Shown here piece by piece: positions 10,905-24,514 of a DNA stretch of 64,000 nucleotides. The position numbers and the translations under genes were made by a program. The DNA comes from Gekko japonicus (taxonomy: Eukaryota): contig NW_015166508.1 in assembly GCF_001447785.1 (NCBI RefSeq), forward strand, positions 62,001 through 126,000, in the 5' to 3' direction. The notes under the pieces are model-generated. The model ran no database searches. It was not told the DNA's origin and was given only the letters and a program-made list of their open reading frames with translations. The number at the start of each line of letters is the position of its first letter. Position 1 is the stretch's first letter.

Positions 10905-13900
10905 TATCTTGAGTGTGGGCCCTGCTGCTTGCAAAATTATTCACGGAAACAGACAGGACAGCCAGGATTCCAAAGGATTGGGACACGGGTGTCATAGTAC
11001 CCTTTTATAAGAAAGGCAACAAAAGAGACCCAAACAACTATAGACCAGTTAGTCTCTTCAGTATAGTAAAGCAAGTTGTATGCCAGCTGGCTGAAAGAAA
11101 AACTGTGAATGGACTGAACATAATTGTTATCATTATTATTTATTAAATTTATACCCCGCCCTACCCCACGAGCGGGCTCAGGGCGGCTTACATAATTGGT
11201 CTATAGATGACCATACATTCACATAAAAACAATTTAAAATTCAATACAATAAAATAAAATAAAACAAAACCTTATAAAAGACTAGTGCTAATACATTGAA
11301 TGCATAAGATGGCGTGCTAAAATTACCATAAAACAAGACAGTTTCGCTCAATGATCTTCCAGAGCACAGTGGTAGCGGCCAGATGTTAGTACTACGGGCT
11401 GGCTCGTTGGTGGTTGGGGGCAAGAACTCCTAGTTGAAAGCCTGGTGGAAGAGCTCCGTCTTGCAGGCCCTGAGGAACTGCATAAGATCAGGGGCTTGCC
11501 TGGCAGTGGCCCTGATCTCCTCCGGGAGCTCATTCCACCAGTGCGGAGTCGCTACTGAAAAGGCCCTGGCCCTAGTAGTGGCGAGCCTGGCATCCTTGGG
11601 GCCCGGTGGGGCCAGTCGGTTCTGGGACCCCGACCTCAGTGCTCTTTGGGGTATATATGGGGAAAGGCGGTCCCGCAGGTATGTCGGACCCTGGCCATAT
11701 AGGGCTTTAAAGGTAAGCACCAGCACCTTGAAGCGAACTCGGTATGCTATTGGCAGCCACTGCAGTGCCTTCAGCACAGGCTGGATGTGTTCCCATCCGG
11801 GAAGACCCATCAACAGCCTGGCCGCGGCATTCTGCACTAGCTGCAGCTTCCAAATTTGTGACAAGGGCAGCCCCATGTAGAGAGCGTTACAGTAGTCTAG
11901 TCTCGAGGTGACCGTCATATGGATCACCGTAGCCAGGTCGTCGCAGCTGAGGAAGGGAACCAGCTGCTTGATCAGCCGAAGATGCTAAAAGACTGACCTG
12001 GCAGTGGCTGCCACCTGGGCCTCCATTGTTAAGGAGGAATCCAGGAGCACTCCCAGACTCCTAACCTCTGGTGCTGGCACCAATGGCTCCCCAACCGTAG
12101 GTCGGGAGTTGGGTCCCTCCTCCCAGCCTGCTCCGACTCATGTACAGGACCTCCGTCTTCATCGGGTTCAGCTTCAGCCGGCTCAGCCTAAGCCAACCAG
12201 CCACGTCTTGTAGTGCCTGGTCCAGATCTTCCGGACTAGAGTCTGACCGGCCACCCAACATCAGATAGAGCTGGGTGTCATCAGCGTACTGATGGCACCC
12301 CAGCCCATGCCTCCGGACAATCTGGGCAAGGGGGGCGCATATAGATATTGAACAGCACTGGGGACAGCACAGCCCCCTGAGGCACACCGCACTCCAGCGG
12401 GTGCCTCATGGACTGCTGTTCCCCTAGTGCCACCCTTTGTCCCTGACCTTGGAGAAAGGAAGCAAGCCACTGCCAGGCAAGCCCCTGAATTCCCATGTTG
12501 GCGAGGCAGTGAAGCAGTAGCTGGTGGTTGACCGTGTCGAATGCAGCTGACAGGTCCAACAACAACAGCACCACTGAACCGCCCCGATCTAGATTCCTCC
12601 GGAGGTCGTCAGTAAGAGCCACCAGTGCTGTCTCCGTCCCATGTCCCGGGCGAAAGCCGGACGGGAAGGGATCTAACGTGGAATCTAATGGACTGGAAGG
12701 GACTCTAACGTATTAATAAGATCCTTGGAGAGCTGAACAGGCTGGGTTTAGAACAGGCTGCTCTACTTTGGATTACTGTGTGGCCCTAGATCATCTTATT
12801 ACTAAATACTCAATTAACAGTTCCTCCCCCCTGTACACAGCGTTTATAGATTTCAAATCGGCTTTTGACCTGGTCCACCGGGGCCTTTTGTGGGCTAAGT
12901 TGAGGGACATGGGCATTGATGGGAGACTTTTGATTCTAATGAAGGCCTTATACGGGAACACTAAAATCCGGGCCAGGACAGATCTTCAAAGACATCTAAT
13001 GGAAACCATAAAGGTCGGCAAAGGTGTTAAGCAGGACTGTATTTTGGCAACCTTTTTATAAACAATCTGCGGGAACATCTGAATTGCCCTGAAGTGCATG
13101 CCCCCAAAATTGTGGAGAAACATATTCCCCTTCTATTGAATGCAGATGATGCTGTGTTAATATCCAGGACTCCCATTGGGCTTAGAAGAGCTATGCAAAT
13201 TTTAGCTCGGTATTGTCAGTCTAACCATGTGAAAATGTAACTATCAGAAAATGTAACTACGTGAAAATGTGTAACTATCAGAAATCGAAGGTTCTAGTGT
13301 TTGCTAGTAGCCCAAAACTTCATCAGTGGAAAATTAATTCAGTAGACATCGAGCAGGTTCGCTGCTTTAAATCCTCAGGTTCCAGAAAGGCACACGTGGA
13401 TTATATTACAAGTGCAACTAAAAGCGCGGGCACAATCGAGAAATTTTACTGGAACCTGGGAGGTTGGAATGCAATGGCAGTAGTTAAGATTTTTTAAGAC
13501 CAAACAGTTCAATCCAAGTTTTTAAGATATTTTACAAGTCCTTCCTGGTGTCTCTAATTCTTTGATCTGCCTGGAAACTGGCATGGTTACTTTAAAGGCT
13601 CGTCTATGGATTGCTATTACTTTGTATTGGCTCAATTTAGTGTCTAAATCCACTGGTTTGGCAAGCTTAATTCTGAGGGACTTCACGACACCATTTTGGG
13701 TTAAAGAAACAGAGCTCAAAATGGGCTTTTATGGTCTCTGTAAACAGTTCTTGAGTCAGATAGACTATGGTTCCATCAAATAAAGAATTTTGGATATTGA
13801 GAGACAGCATGATCTGTCACAGATTAAATGCTATCTGCCAGGCATGGAGAAATTAAATCAAGTTTTAATGATGCCATACCTTCAGAATCTCAATAAAACT

Positions 13901-14425
13901 GACTACAGAGGAGCATTTACTCTTATGAGAGTGGATATGCTGCCCTCAGCGGTTCCAGAGGGCAGATACAAAAAGCGCCCATATGATGAATGTGTATCTG
14001 CAGGGAGAGTAAGATAGAGAAAAGAGAACATGTACTACTCAAGTGTAAACTTTATCAGAATATTCGAACGGTCTATATATTGCCAATTTGTAGCCAGTTC
14101 CCATGGAGGGATTTCAGATTTTATTTAGATAAGCTGTTAGCTGATAGGGACCAAGAAATTTCTTTAAAAGTGGCGCCATTTACTAATCAAGCTATAAGAC
14201 TCCGGAAAAAGCTGCTAAACAAAAATATCTAATTATTTTACTAATTTTAAGTCTAAAATTTTAGATTTGGTATTGGAATTTGTATATCCAGGTTTTAAGC
14301 TGTGTCTGCTTTGAACTGTATATTTTGAAATTTGGTTACGTTTGGTTATATTTGGATGTACTATAGATTAGTTATGCAATGTTGTTATTTGTTAGGTCTT
14401 TGACTGTAATAAACAAATTGATTGG
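10905..14425 (+). mobile_element. RTE-X-like LINE (frameshifted RT and C-terminal Cys/His domain), interrupted by an L2
   Basis: ORFs 10913 (IPKDW...KKGNKRDPNNYRPVSL), 12768 (AFIDFKSAFDLV...GVKQDCILA), ADD motif near 13142, 13990 (CICRE...EHVLLKC); AATAAA at about 14408. Confidence 0.8.
11124..12680 (-). mobile_element. L2 LINE, 5'-truncated, relatively young
   Basis: ORFs with LLDLSAAFDTV, GVPQGAVLSP, HQYADDTQLY, SRLDYCNALY, LQLVQNAAAR; L2-type 3' stem and (AAT)n tail. Confidence 0.95.
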
Positions 14426-15100
14426 TTGAGTACTGTACTTATCTTCCAGTTTTTTGCTTGTTGCTTGGCGGCATTCAATGATTATGTTGAGTACTCGGTG
14501 GACAATAGTGAATTAAAGGTTAAGAATCACTGTTGTAAACATACCTAAATCTGCACTGGTTTGTAGCCACTGTGCAAGGTGTGGTGGGCAAACTGCCTCT
14601 TGCAAGTTAAATTCTGAGTCTGATAGAATGAAGAGTGCTGATAAAAGACAGTATGTGATCAAATTAGAGTAGGTTGAATGGAAAGCCCTTATGAATACAT
14701 CAGTCATTGCAGGTTCACCAAAAGCAATCAGAGATATGAGGCAATGCCTCATGGGTAACAAGGTTACCCACTCTGATAGAAAAGAGAAGTCTGTGATATG
14801 GTTGTACCATCTTTAGGATGTTAATTAGAGGAAGTAGCACTATAAGGTTTCTGCAAGAAAGTCACAAATATCAGGTTGTGAATACACACACACATACATA
14901 TGATATTTACATACTTTAATTTCTGACATGTGGAAGGGAAACTTTCAAACTAATATGCTTGTTAACCTACATTAAGATTTTTTTAAAAGAAGTGAATATT
15001 AAAGGCAATAAAAGTCTGGTTAGAAAAGGGAATATATATGAAACAGGTTATATAAATAGTATCTTATATAATGAGGAGTTAGTATTTTGTACTAATTATA

Positions 15101-15282
15101 ATATGGCTCTTATTCTAGCAGGAACTCCTTTGCATATTAGGTGACACACCCCTAATGTAGCCAATCCTCCAAGAGCTTACAGTAGCCCCTGTAAGAAGAG
15201 CTCTGTAAGCTCTTGGAGGATTGGCTATGTTAGGGGTGTGTCGCCTAATATGTAAAAGAGTTCCTGCTACAAAAAGAGCCCT
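15101..15282. mobile_element. Fully palindromic hAT-type MITE, copy 1
   Basis: About 80-bp arms GCAGGAACTCCTTTGCATATTAGG...AAGAGCTTACAG / CTGTAAGCTCTT...GAGTTCCTGC; near-identical to 57701-57878. Confidence 0.8.
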
Positions 15283-16374
15283 GCGGTTTTGCTATTGGCA
15301 ACCACCTGATCGGACTGCTAGATTTTAAACTACCAAGTAGACACATTTTGCTTTTCTGCATTTTTATGTCTCAATTATTTGGCCTTTTTATCTGAATCAA
15401 ACTGTTGCAGAGGAAGAAATATATTCTTTGCTTCTCCCCACCGCTGCCTCCACCCAACAGGCCTTTCCCTTTCATATTTGCATAGGACCCAACCAATTCA
15501 CTATTACCAGGTGGGAAAGAAGCACCCCAATTCCATTGAAACTGCGGGAACTTTCAGAATGTTGAGAAAGGGAGGTCAGTGTGTCACCACATAATGGCTG
15601 ACATAGGTGACAATTACAAAATGTAGGGAGATTTCAAGCCAAGCTTCCTCCCATGATGGGAACGGCTATTTCTGAATGGACACTCCCCGAAGACCAAATG
15701 GCAGTGCCGTCCTGCTCCAGTGAGATGGAAGAAAGCCAAAACTGGCCTTGGAAGAGCAACAATAACAGTGCTTAAATAGGCTTTCAAATGAACTACCTCA
15801 CTTCAGATTTCAGGGGCCACATAATGTTTCCTAAGATTTTACTTGAAATAAGGCTATACCAGTTATACAGCTGGGTTGATACACAGCAGTCATTCCCCCC
15901 AGGTTTCATGTGGCAGAACAGGACATAATCTATGGCATTTATTGCACATACAATCTCAAAGAGGGTTAAATGTGAAGGAGGGCTGTGGAAGGGAGGCTGG
16001 AGCGATTCTTGGCGTGTCTCTCCCCGCTAGTCAAAGGTGAAAGCTATGCACAAGTCTCTGCAAAATGTCAGTGCCACTTAGGACCTGCCTTTAAAATACA
16101 GATAGGGAAAGGCTGCATTAGAAAACGAAGCAGGTCTTGTTACATCACAGTGGACATTGTGCAGTGACAGTACACATGACTGGTAAAAAGGTCGGCTTAA
16201 TAATATAACATATTTTATATTATCACATATACATTTTGAGGCCACAACACGCAGTACAAAATTTTGCTTTGGACTGAGCTTCTCAAAGCCAAAAAGGCCA
16301 CTAACATTAACACATGGAAGAATGCCAGAAGCCACTCAGAGGTATCTTGCAAGCTGGATGCAGAATGGGTGACA

Positions 16375-18810
16375 ATATTTATTTATTTAAAACACTTTTA
16401 TGCTGCCTAAAAATATGCAAACAACACTAGAAGAAGGGCCAAAAAATGTTACGGGGTAAGCTGTATGAAACAACGGAGTCTTCACCTGCTGGTGAAATGC
16501 ACTGATAGAGGGCGACAAACAAATTGACCTGGGGAGGGATTTCCAAACTTTTGGTGCCACAACAGAGAAGGCCCTTTCTTGGGTTACCACCTCTCTAGAC
16601 TCAGATGGTGGGCAACTGAAGCATGGCCTTCGAGGATGACCAGAGTGAGCGAGTATGTTCATATGGGAGAAGGTGGTCCTTAAGGTATGTTGGTCCCAGG
16701 CCGAACAGAGCTTTATGTCAATACCAGTACCTTAAATTGAGCCTAGAAGCAAACTGGAAGCCAGTGTAAGTGGAACAAGACTGGAGAGATATGGTCTCTG
16801 GCGGCAGCATTCTGTTCCAACTGTAGCTTCCAGACATCTTCAAGGGCAACCCCACATAGAGTGCATTGCAGCATTCTAATCTAGATGTCACCAGGGCTTG
16901 CACCACAGTGGCAAGATCTTTTCTGTCCAGGAAAGGCCACAAATGGCTTACTAGGGCCCTGGTCACACGAGAGGTTTTGGGCCGGGAGAGGGACGGATCA
17001 GGGGCAGAGCAAACGGGCGCGATCCCACCGCAACATTTGGGAAGCGTTGCACACCCGTCCCTGATCCGGCCCTTCCGCCCAAAACGCCGCGGCAAAAATA
17101 AACCACCTACCGAGGTGGTTCTTCTGGCAAGTCCGCATCAAGGCCGGCCGTGGGATCGCCGGCGCATCCCCGGCTCCCCGGCTCCATGGGATCCCGCCGC
17201 GGCGTCTCTATTTTGGTGCGGCTCTGATTAGCCGCACTTTGCCCAGGTTTTTTTCTGCCGTGTGTCAGGGACCTAGCTGAAGCTGCTGAAAGGCACCCCC
17301 AGACACCATTGCTGCATGTTTATCCAACAGGAGGCACCTCCAAGCTATGAACCTGCTCCTTTAAGAGAAGTACATCCCCATCCAGAACAAGCAATGACCC
17401 ATTTCCTGAGTCAGGATTAAGTTTCAGCCCTCATCCATTCCAGACCTGCCTCCAGGCACCTTTTCATAGCTTCCACAGCCTCCCTGGGATCTGCTGGAAG
17501 TGCAAGATTGAGCTGAGTGTCAGCTGCATATTGGTGGCAGCTCAGCCTAAATCTTTGTATGGCCTTTCCCAGAGGCTTTACACAAATGCTGAAAAGCCCG
17601 GGGGACAAGATGGAGCCTTGGGAACCCTCTAGGCCAAATGCCAAGAGGCAGCGCAGCAGTGCCCCCAGCAAAGCACTGTGAAACCTACCCTTGAGGTAGG
17701 ACTGGAACCACCACAGAACAATGCTTCCCAGTCATAGTCCCAAAAGGCAATCCAGAAGGACACCATCATCAATGGTATCAAAAGCCACCAAGAGGTCCAA
17801 GAGAATTAACAGGGTTGCACTCCCCTGTCCATCTCCTGGTGCATGTCATCCACAAGGGTGACCAAGCCGTTTCAGGCCTGAAACCAGATTGGAATGGATC
17901 TAAACAATCTGCTTCATTCAGGAATCTCTGAAGCTGGCCAGCCAACACTCGTTCAACCCCCTTGCTCAAGAATGGTACATTTAGACTGGACAGAAGATAT
18001 TCAACTCTCCTGGGTCCAGAGTAGGTTTCTTTAGGACTGGACACACCACTGCCTGCTTCAAGGCAGGAGCAAGCAGCCCATTTCTCAGGAAGTCATTTAC
18101 TGTCTTCCAGACCCAGTCCACACTCCCCAGCACCTGTAAGCAGCCGGGAGGGGCAAGGGTTGTACAAACAGGTGGTAGGTCTCAAACTTCCCAGACTCCT
18201 ATCCACATCCTCAGACTGCGCAAGCTGAAAGGTATCCCACACAACTAGACAAATCAGCACCCTGTAACCATCTATCCTGTTGCTGTTAAAGTAGAGTCCA
18301 AGTTGGAATGGATGCAGGAGATTTTATCCGCAAAGTGCTTAGCAAGATGATCGCAGTGGGCTTCAGAGCAGTCCACCTCCTCTTGCTGCAGGTCTACACT
18401 GTATGGATGCAATGGTGGTGGGAAAGTATCGCTTCTTTGCCGCCATCATTGCCACAGAGTAGGCTTTCAAATGAGCTCTAGCCCATGCCTTGTCAGTTCC
18501 ATCCCAAGTCTTTCTGACCACTTGCTCTAGCCATCTCCCCAGTCTTTTAATTGACTGCAGCCCCTCCCTACACCAAAGGGCTGCCTGGGCTCTTTGACCT
18601 GAGAGAGGGCTCCTAGGTGCAATCACATCAATTGCCCAGGTAATTTCCCCATTCCAGAGGTCAACCAGGGCATTGACTGGAGTGCTGACCATATCAGCGG
18701 GAAAATCCCCCAATACCATCTGAAAACCTATCGGATCCACCAATCTACAGGGACAGATCCTCTGAATCTACCTCCTACTCCTGCAGAGTAATGGTACTCC
18801 TATAAGTCTA
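16375..18810 (-). mobile_element. Old degenerate L2 LINE
   Basis: ORF pieces LDPFQSGFRP, HQYAADTQL, LVTSRLECCNALY, RAFSVVAPKVW. Confidence 0.85.
16955..17273 (+). mobile_element. PIF/Harbinger-type MITE, copy 1 (inserted into the L2)
   Basis: TIRs GGCCCTGGTCACACG / CGTGTGTCAGGGACC; 3-bp TSD TAG; CpG-rich. Confidence 0.85.
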
Positions 18811-19539
18811 AACAATTTTTGTTACTTGTGACACTTTTGAAGAACACAATTCTCCTTTTGCCTTTGTTGTTATTGCAATGCCCCCCCCCTTCACATTTAC
18901 TTAGTCTCATGGAGGGAGGAGTACTACAGCATAATCCTCAAGAGAGTCAATGAAGTTTGAAGGATGTGACTCCGTTCATGACTGTACTGTGGCTCACCCA
19001 CTTCATTCTATGGCTCTCAGAACAGTGGAGCAGAGCATTAAGGGGGAACATCCAAATCCATAACTGCAACACACCAGAAAACTGAGGCCAACCACACCTT
19101 CCTAATCTATGTCTCCTGCAGACCTTGTGGGGCATCTCCGCTCTGCATATTTCCTGGGACACCAGTGTAAATACGGCAAACAAGCCTGGCTTGCATTTGG
19201 CACCCCCAGAAAAGCAAGCAGAGCTGCACAGAGGGGCACGCCGGCCAGCACTAATTTCCAGGTTTAATTCACGATGCCCGCCCTGCATTGCCTTCGACCC
19301 TCATACCTGCAGGACTGTCTCTCTTGGTATGCTCCACTGGAGAAACTTTTCTCATCCGTGCAAAGCCTTCTGCAGGTGCTATCCTACAAATAGGTAAGAT
19401 CAACAGCTGCCTGTACCCAAGCATTCCCGGTTTTGAATCCTGCTTGGTAGAATGGCCTGCCTGATGATGTCGGGAAGGCATCTGTCATTCTGCAGAATGT
19501 GTACAGCAGAAACTGTTCAAGAGTCCATTCTTATAAAGA

Positions 19540-20394
19540 AGTAGTGAACACACCAGAAGACAGCAATAGAATTCAACGCTATCTGAACACACTGGAAAAG
19601 TGGGTGCATGTGAAGAAGAAGCAATTCAAAATGGTAAGTGCAGAGTTCTACATCTGGGTAACAAAAATGAGAAGCACACATTCTGTACGGGGGACACACA
19701 CTTCTGGGTTGCAGTGTGCATAAACAAGATCTTGGGATACGGGTAGACTGAGTTAAATATAAGCAGTCACTCTGATGCAGCGGCAAAAAAGATTAATGCA
19801 ATCTTGGGATGTATCGACGGAAGCAGAATATCCAAATCACAAGATATCATACTCTCACTGTACACCGCATTGGTCAGGCTGCAGCTGGAGTTCTGTGTGT
19901 GGTTCTGGAGACCTCACTTCAAAAAGGATGTGGACCGAATGGAGAGGGTGCAGAGGAGAGCGACGAGGATGATCAGGGACCTGGAGACCAAGCCCTATGA
20001 GGAAAGGCTGAGAGACTTGGGAATGTTTAGACTGGAGAAGAGGAGGTTGAAGGGAGACATGATTGCTCTCTTTAAGTATCTGAAGGGTTGTCACTTAGAG
20101 GAGGGCAGGGAGCTGTTCCTGTCGGCAGCAGAGGACAGAACTCGCAATAATGGGTTTAAATTACAGGTGGAAAGATACCGGCTGGCTATTAGGATTATTT
20201 TTTTTTACAGTAAGAGTAGTTCAGCAGTGGAATCAGCTGCCTAGGGAAGTGGTGAGCTCTCCCTTACTGGCAGTCTTCAAGCAGCGGCTGGATGAACATT
20301 TGTCAGGGATGCTCTAGGCTGATCCTGCTTTGAGCAGATGGGTGGACTAGATGGACTGTATGGCCCCTTCCGACTCTTGTGATTCTCTGATTCT
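19540..20394 (+). mobile_element. CR1 LINE 3' fragment
   Basis: ORF 19804-20244 (LYTALVR...ERVQRRATRMI...YEERLRDLGMFRLEKRRLKGDMI); 3' tail GATTCTCTGATTCT. Confidence 0.95.
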
Positions 20395-21879
20395 AAGAGG
20401 GATTCAGTAAAACCAAATTGTTCAGAAAGGCACTTTTAAAAACAAAAACAATAGGACTGTAGTCTAATTGTGAAAAATGGTATGTATTCCCTCCCATCAT
20501 TCCTTCCCTCATATCGTATTGTTTGTTGAATGTATTATACTGTTATAATGTACTGCTTGTTGTCATAATACTCTTTACTTCATTGTTTCTCTGACTGTGT
20601 GATCTTGTTTTGCTGCATTATTTATTGCATGCATTTTACTTGTCTTTATTGCATTGTTTTTAAAGTATGTAATCCACATGGAGCCTCAGAAAGAAAAGTG
20701 AACAATAAATGAAGTAATTAAAAAATTAATAAATGCACAATGTGTCCCTCGCTAACTGTATGGTTCCTTGGCCCACGGTGTGGACCAGTGATGAACATGC
20801 ATGTGCAAACTAGCCTTAGGAACTTTGCCCGCATAAACAAGGAGTGCCCTGATGTAGCAGGCTTTTATTTTTTTTCTGCTCATAGTACAGCGTGGTTAAA
20901 AAAAAACCCTATACTGATTACATGCAAACAGATGTCCAAAACATGCTCAGGACAGTTTACAGAAATATAGGAAAGAAATCATATATCTTTCTCTTCTAAA
21001 GTATATACTATATGACTGAATTCTTTCATTTAAGACACAGATCTTGTGAACCAGCATAAACTGTTATAATTTCCTCCTAAACATTTACCTAAACTATAAT
21101 TCAAAACCCTGCTGCTTATCTTGTCCTTAGTGGGTCCAGTGAACAACCATTCTGTATCTTTTCTTCTGACAACATTTTAGGGGTATGATCAAAGCAAAAT
21201 TAAGAGTTGTTAAGCCCAATTGATTACAATGGGAGAAACTGAAGAATGTGCTGATGGTTGCAACAGCATAGCTACCCTATACTAACACAGCTACTGTGAT
21301 GTGAGTCTTCGTGAAATCAGTGGGTTTTAACAGTACTTAATTGCTTGGATCATGTCGTAAATATTTTAAAATGGCAACATGGTCTTGTTTCATCTCATTT
21401 TGTCGTAGGTTTAGCATATCTGGTTTTTGTACCTTTTCTTTATGCAACTTGCCTTCTACCTCTCAGTCCCTATAGCTCTCCTTTGAATTGTCTTACATGT
21501 GTCAGAATCCTCGTTAATGAGAAGCACTCAAAACTGATCACAGAATTCTGGTTGTTTCTGCTTTTACAAGAGATGAGTCACACACAATGATCTAGTTCAT
21601 TGTATGGTCTTATCTTTTTTACTCTGAAGATCTTAAGGCCATCCAAAAAACACACACAAAGTTATCTGTGTTTGAACTGATCAAGGCATTTTGCACCTCT
21701 CAACTCATTACCTTTTGTATCTAAAAGAATACTATCACATATGGAATTGTTAACAATGGATTTGGAAATCCAGCAAAATGTGGAATGCTTTAACTACCAG
21801 TATTGGTAAAGCCCAGGATCCAATGAGATCTTTCATAGCATACTCATTTATCGTAGTGGGGTGTGTGTGTGTGTGTGTG

Positions 21880-22890
21880 TTAAGCGCCATCAAGCCTCTT
21901 CTGACTTCTGATGACCCTATGAATTAATGACCTCCAAAACATCCTATCATTAACAGCCTTGCTCAGGTCTTGCAAACGAATGACTATGGCTTGCTTTATA
22001 AAGTCAATCCATTTCTTCTTGGGTCTTCCTTTTTCCCTGCTGCCTTCCACTTTTCCTAGCATTATTGCCTTCTCCAGTGACTCTTGTCATCTTACAATGT
22101 TACCAAAGTATGAGAGCTTCAGTTTAGTCATTTTAGCTTCTAGGGAGAGTTCAGGCTTGATTTGGTCTAGAACCCAATGATTTGTCTTTTTGGTAGTCCA
22201 CAATATCTATAAAACTGTCCTCCAACACCATATTTCAAAGGAATCTACTTTCTTCCTGTCAACTTTCTTCATTGTCCAACCTTTACACCCATACAAAGTG
22301 ATGGGGTAAACTATAGCATGAATTAACTTTATCATGGTTGCCAGCAACACATCCTTACACTTAAGAATCTTTTCTAGCACCCTGACCTCGATAGCCCAGG
22401 CTAGCCCAATCCCATCAGATCTCAAAAGTTAAGCATGGTCAGCCTTGGCTAATATTTGGAAGGGCAGCCTCCAAGGAATACCAGGGTCGTGATGCAGAGG
22501 CAGGCAATGGCAAACCACCTCTGAAATGTCTCTTACCTTAAAAACAAGTCTAGCTCACCATCTAGTGGTGCCTAATGCTAAAGAGGTAGAACTTCTGGCT
22601 GCCAGACAATCTTAGGATCTCCTGGCTATTCTATACACAATACCATACGATGATGATGATGATAATGATAATAATCTTTTCTAGCTCCTTCATGGCTGCC
22701 CTTCCCAGGCTCAATCTCTTTCTGATTCCTGGGTTGCAGTCTCTCTTGTGGTTGAAGATGGAGCTAAAGGATAGAAAATCTTGAATAATTTCAATTTCTT
22801 CATTGTCAGCCTAAAAGTTCTATAATTCCCCAGCAGTCATTATTTTTGTCTTTTTGATGTTCAGCTGTAATCCTGCTTTAGCACTTTCTG
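21880..22890 (-). mobile_element. Older RTE/BovB-related LINE 3' fragment, interrupted at 22379-22672
   Basis: ORFs 21880-22062 (LGKVEGSREKGRPKKKWID) and 22207-22425 (LYGCKGWTMKKVDRKKVDSFEIWCWR); ends in (CA)n at 21861-21880. Confidence 0.85.
22379..22672 (+). mobile_element. Chimeric retroposon: 5S rRNA-derived SINE head plus a distinct 3' tail module
   Basis: 5S-like box A/box C region at about 22404-22490; tail from 22546 ending CCATACG(ATG)n; 13-bp TSD AATCTTTTCTAGC at 22366-22378 and 22673-22685. Confidence 0.8.
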
Positions 22891-23601
22891 CTATACATCT
22901 TAGCAGTACATCTAATTAAATAAGGAATGCACATAGTGCTATAGTACTTAAACAAAAGTAAAATTTAAATAATGTAGTGCATTTATGCTATAAAACACTG
23001 GCAGTACAGTTGCTTCTTTTTAATTAAAAGGCATGTACAGTGATCACAATCCTGACAAGTGCTTCCACAGAATTTTAGGAACCTACCATCAAACACTACA
23101 TTTTCAAGAAACAAGAACTTTTAAATAGCAAGTATAGTAAAATCACCTCTGTCAAACTGAGCCCTTTGGAGTGAGTTAAGTGTTCAGCACTCCCTAACAT
23201 CCCTATTCTAAACTTAGGACTTGGTTTAGAGAAGTGTCTTGTTTATTATTTACTTAAGCTATTTAAAGCATTAATACCCTGCCTTAAATGGAAGGTTTCC
23301 AAGGCATCTTAGGAAACCCCAGTTTAAAGTTGCCTTCCTTAGCAGCAGCAGTTCCTCAACCGGCTGCCTTATAGCTTGGGATACAATGCATGGGGCCGTA
23401 TCTGCTACTCATCTTTACTACTTAAATATTTCAAATATTTACATCATGCCTTTCAAACGTAGCAGCATGTAGAGATGTAAAGGAGCTCAAAGTCACAAAT
23501 GGGTTTTATGCTGAGTAAACAATTATGACTTTTCTAGTAAAACTATTTATATTCTGACTGAAATGTCTTTGTTACATAGCCTACAGTCAGACAGGACCAA
23601 A

Positions 23602-23813
23602 GAGGGCTGCCAACCTGCAGGTGGGGCCTGGAGTTCCCATTAATCTCCAGACTGTAGAGATCAGTTCCCCTGGAGAAAATGGCAGCTTTGAAGGGTGGAT
23701 TCTATGGCAATCCATCCCTGTTGAGCTCCCTGTCTTCCCTACCCCAAACTCTGTCCTCCTCAGGTACCATCCCCACATTTCTAGGAATATTCCAAGCCAG
23801 AGATGGCACCCTA
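23602..23813 (+). mobile_element. hAT (Blackjack-like) MITE
   Basis: GAGGGCTGCCA...TGGCACCCTA; perfect 8-bp TSD GGACCAAA. Confidence 0.85.
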
Positions 23814-24514
23814 GGACCAAACATGGCACATTTGGTCCTAGGTCAGCTGGAGAGGTGGTATAAAACCTTTCTGGATAAATAAAATAAATAGGTACTGCCC
23901 TTTCCCCCTACTGGTGTTTAGGAGACTTTTTCAACTGGGGGGACAACATGGGGAGGAAGAGGTAACTTTCCACAGCATCAGTCCATAACACCTCCTTCCC
24001 CTGCTGCTTTCTAGGGGCAAAAGGCACAATGGAAGCTTCACAACACAATCCTATGCATGTTTACTCTGAAGTAAGTCCCACTATGTGCAACGAAACTTAC
24101 TCATAGGTAGGTGTGCATATGCTTGTACCCTCAATCATGCAAGTCCAAAATCACAAAGTTACAGTTTCCAGTCGTCTTTAGAGACTCCACGATATTTAAA
24201 TTTAGTTGTAGAGTTGTCTCCATTTATGTGATAAGAAACTCTCTGCTTTAAAAGTCTCCAAGAAAAGAGCTGCACAGCTGGTTATGTACCCGGTTAAAAG
24301 CACAGGATTGAGACCTTGCTTTCAATAGGTCCTTCTGCTTCTGGAACAGTCAGAGGACTATTTTTGCCTGTTCCCTGGACTCACTGCAGCCCCTGTTTCA
24401 ATCCCCATGATGTTCATGGGGTCCACTGGCCCACAAAGACATGATTTCAAGGGTCACTGTAGACCACAGCAGGAGGGGAGGGAGGGAAGAGGTGGAAAAG
24501 CTGTCATGTATACA

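Noticed and set aside
19122-19392. Plus-strand exon-like segment (CTCCTGCAG|...AG|GTAAGA) with one open frame
   Set aside because: Unrecognisable peptide, no partner exons, and it overlaps an equally good minus-strand candidate.
21370-21480. Purine-rich minus-strand stretch resembling a coding exon
   Set aside because: Translates to what looks like a decayed CR1 C-terminal motif.
22400-22490. 5S rRNA gene (also at about 28300-28390 and 28490-28560)
   Set aside because: Diverged and fused to retroposon tails; these are SINE heads, not rRNA genes.
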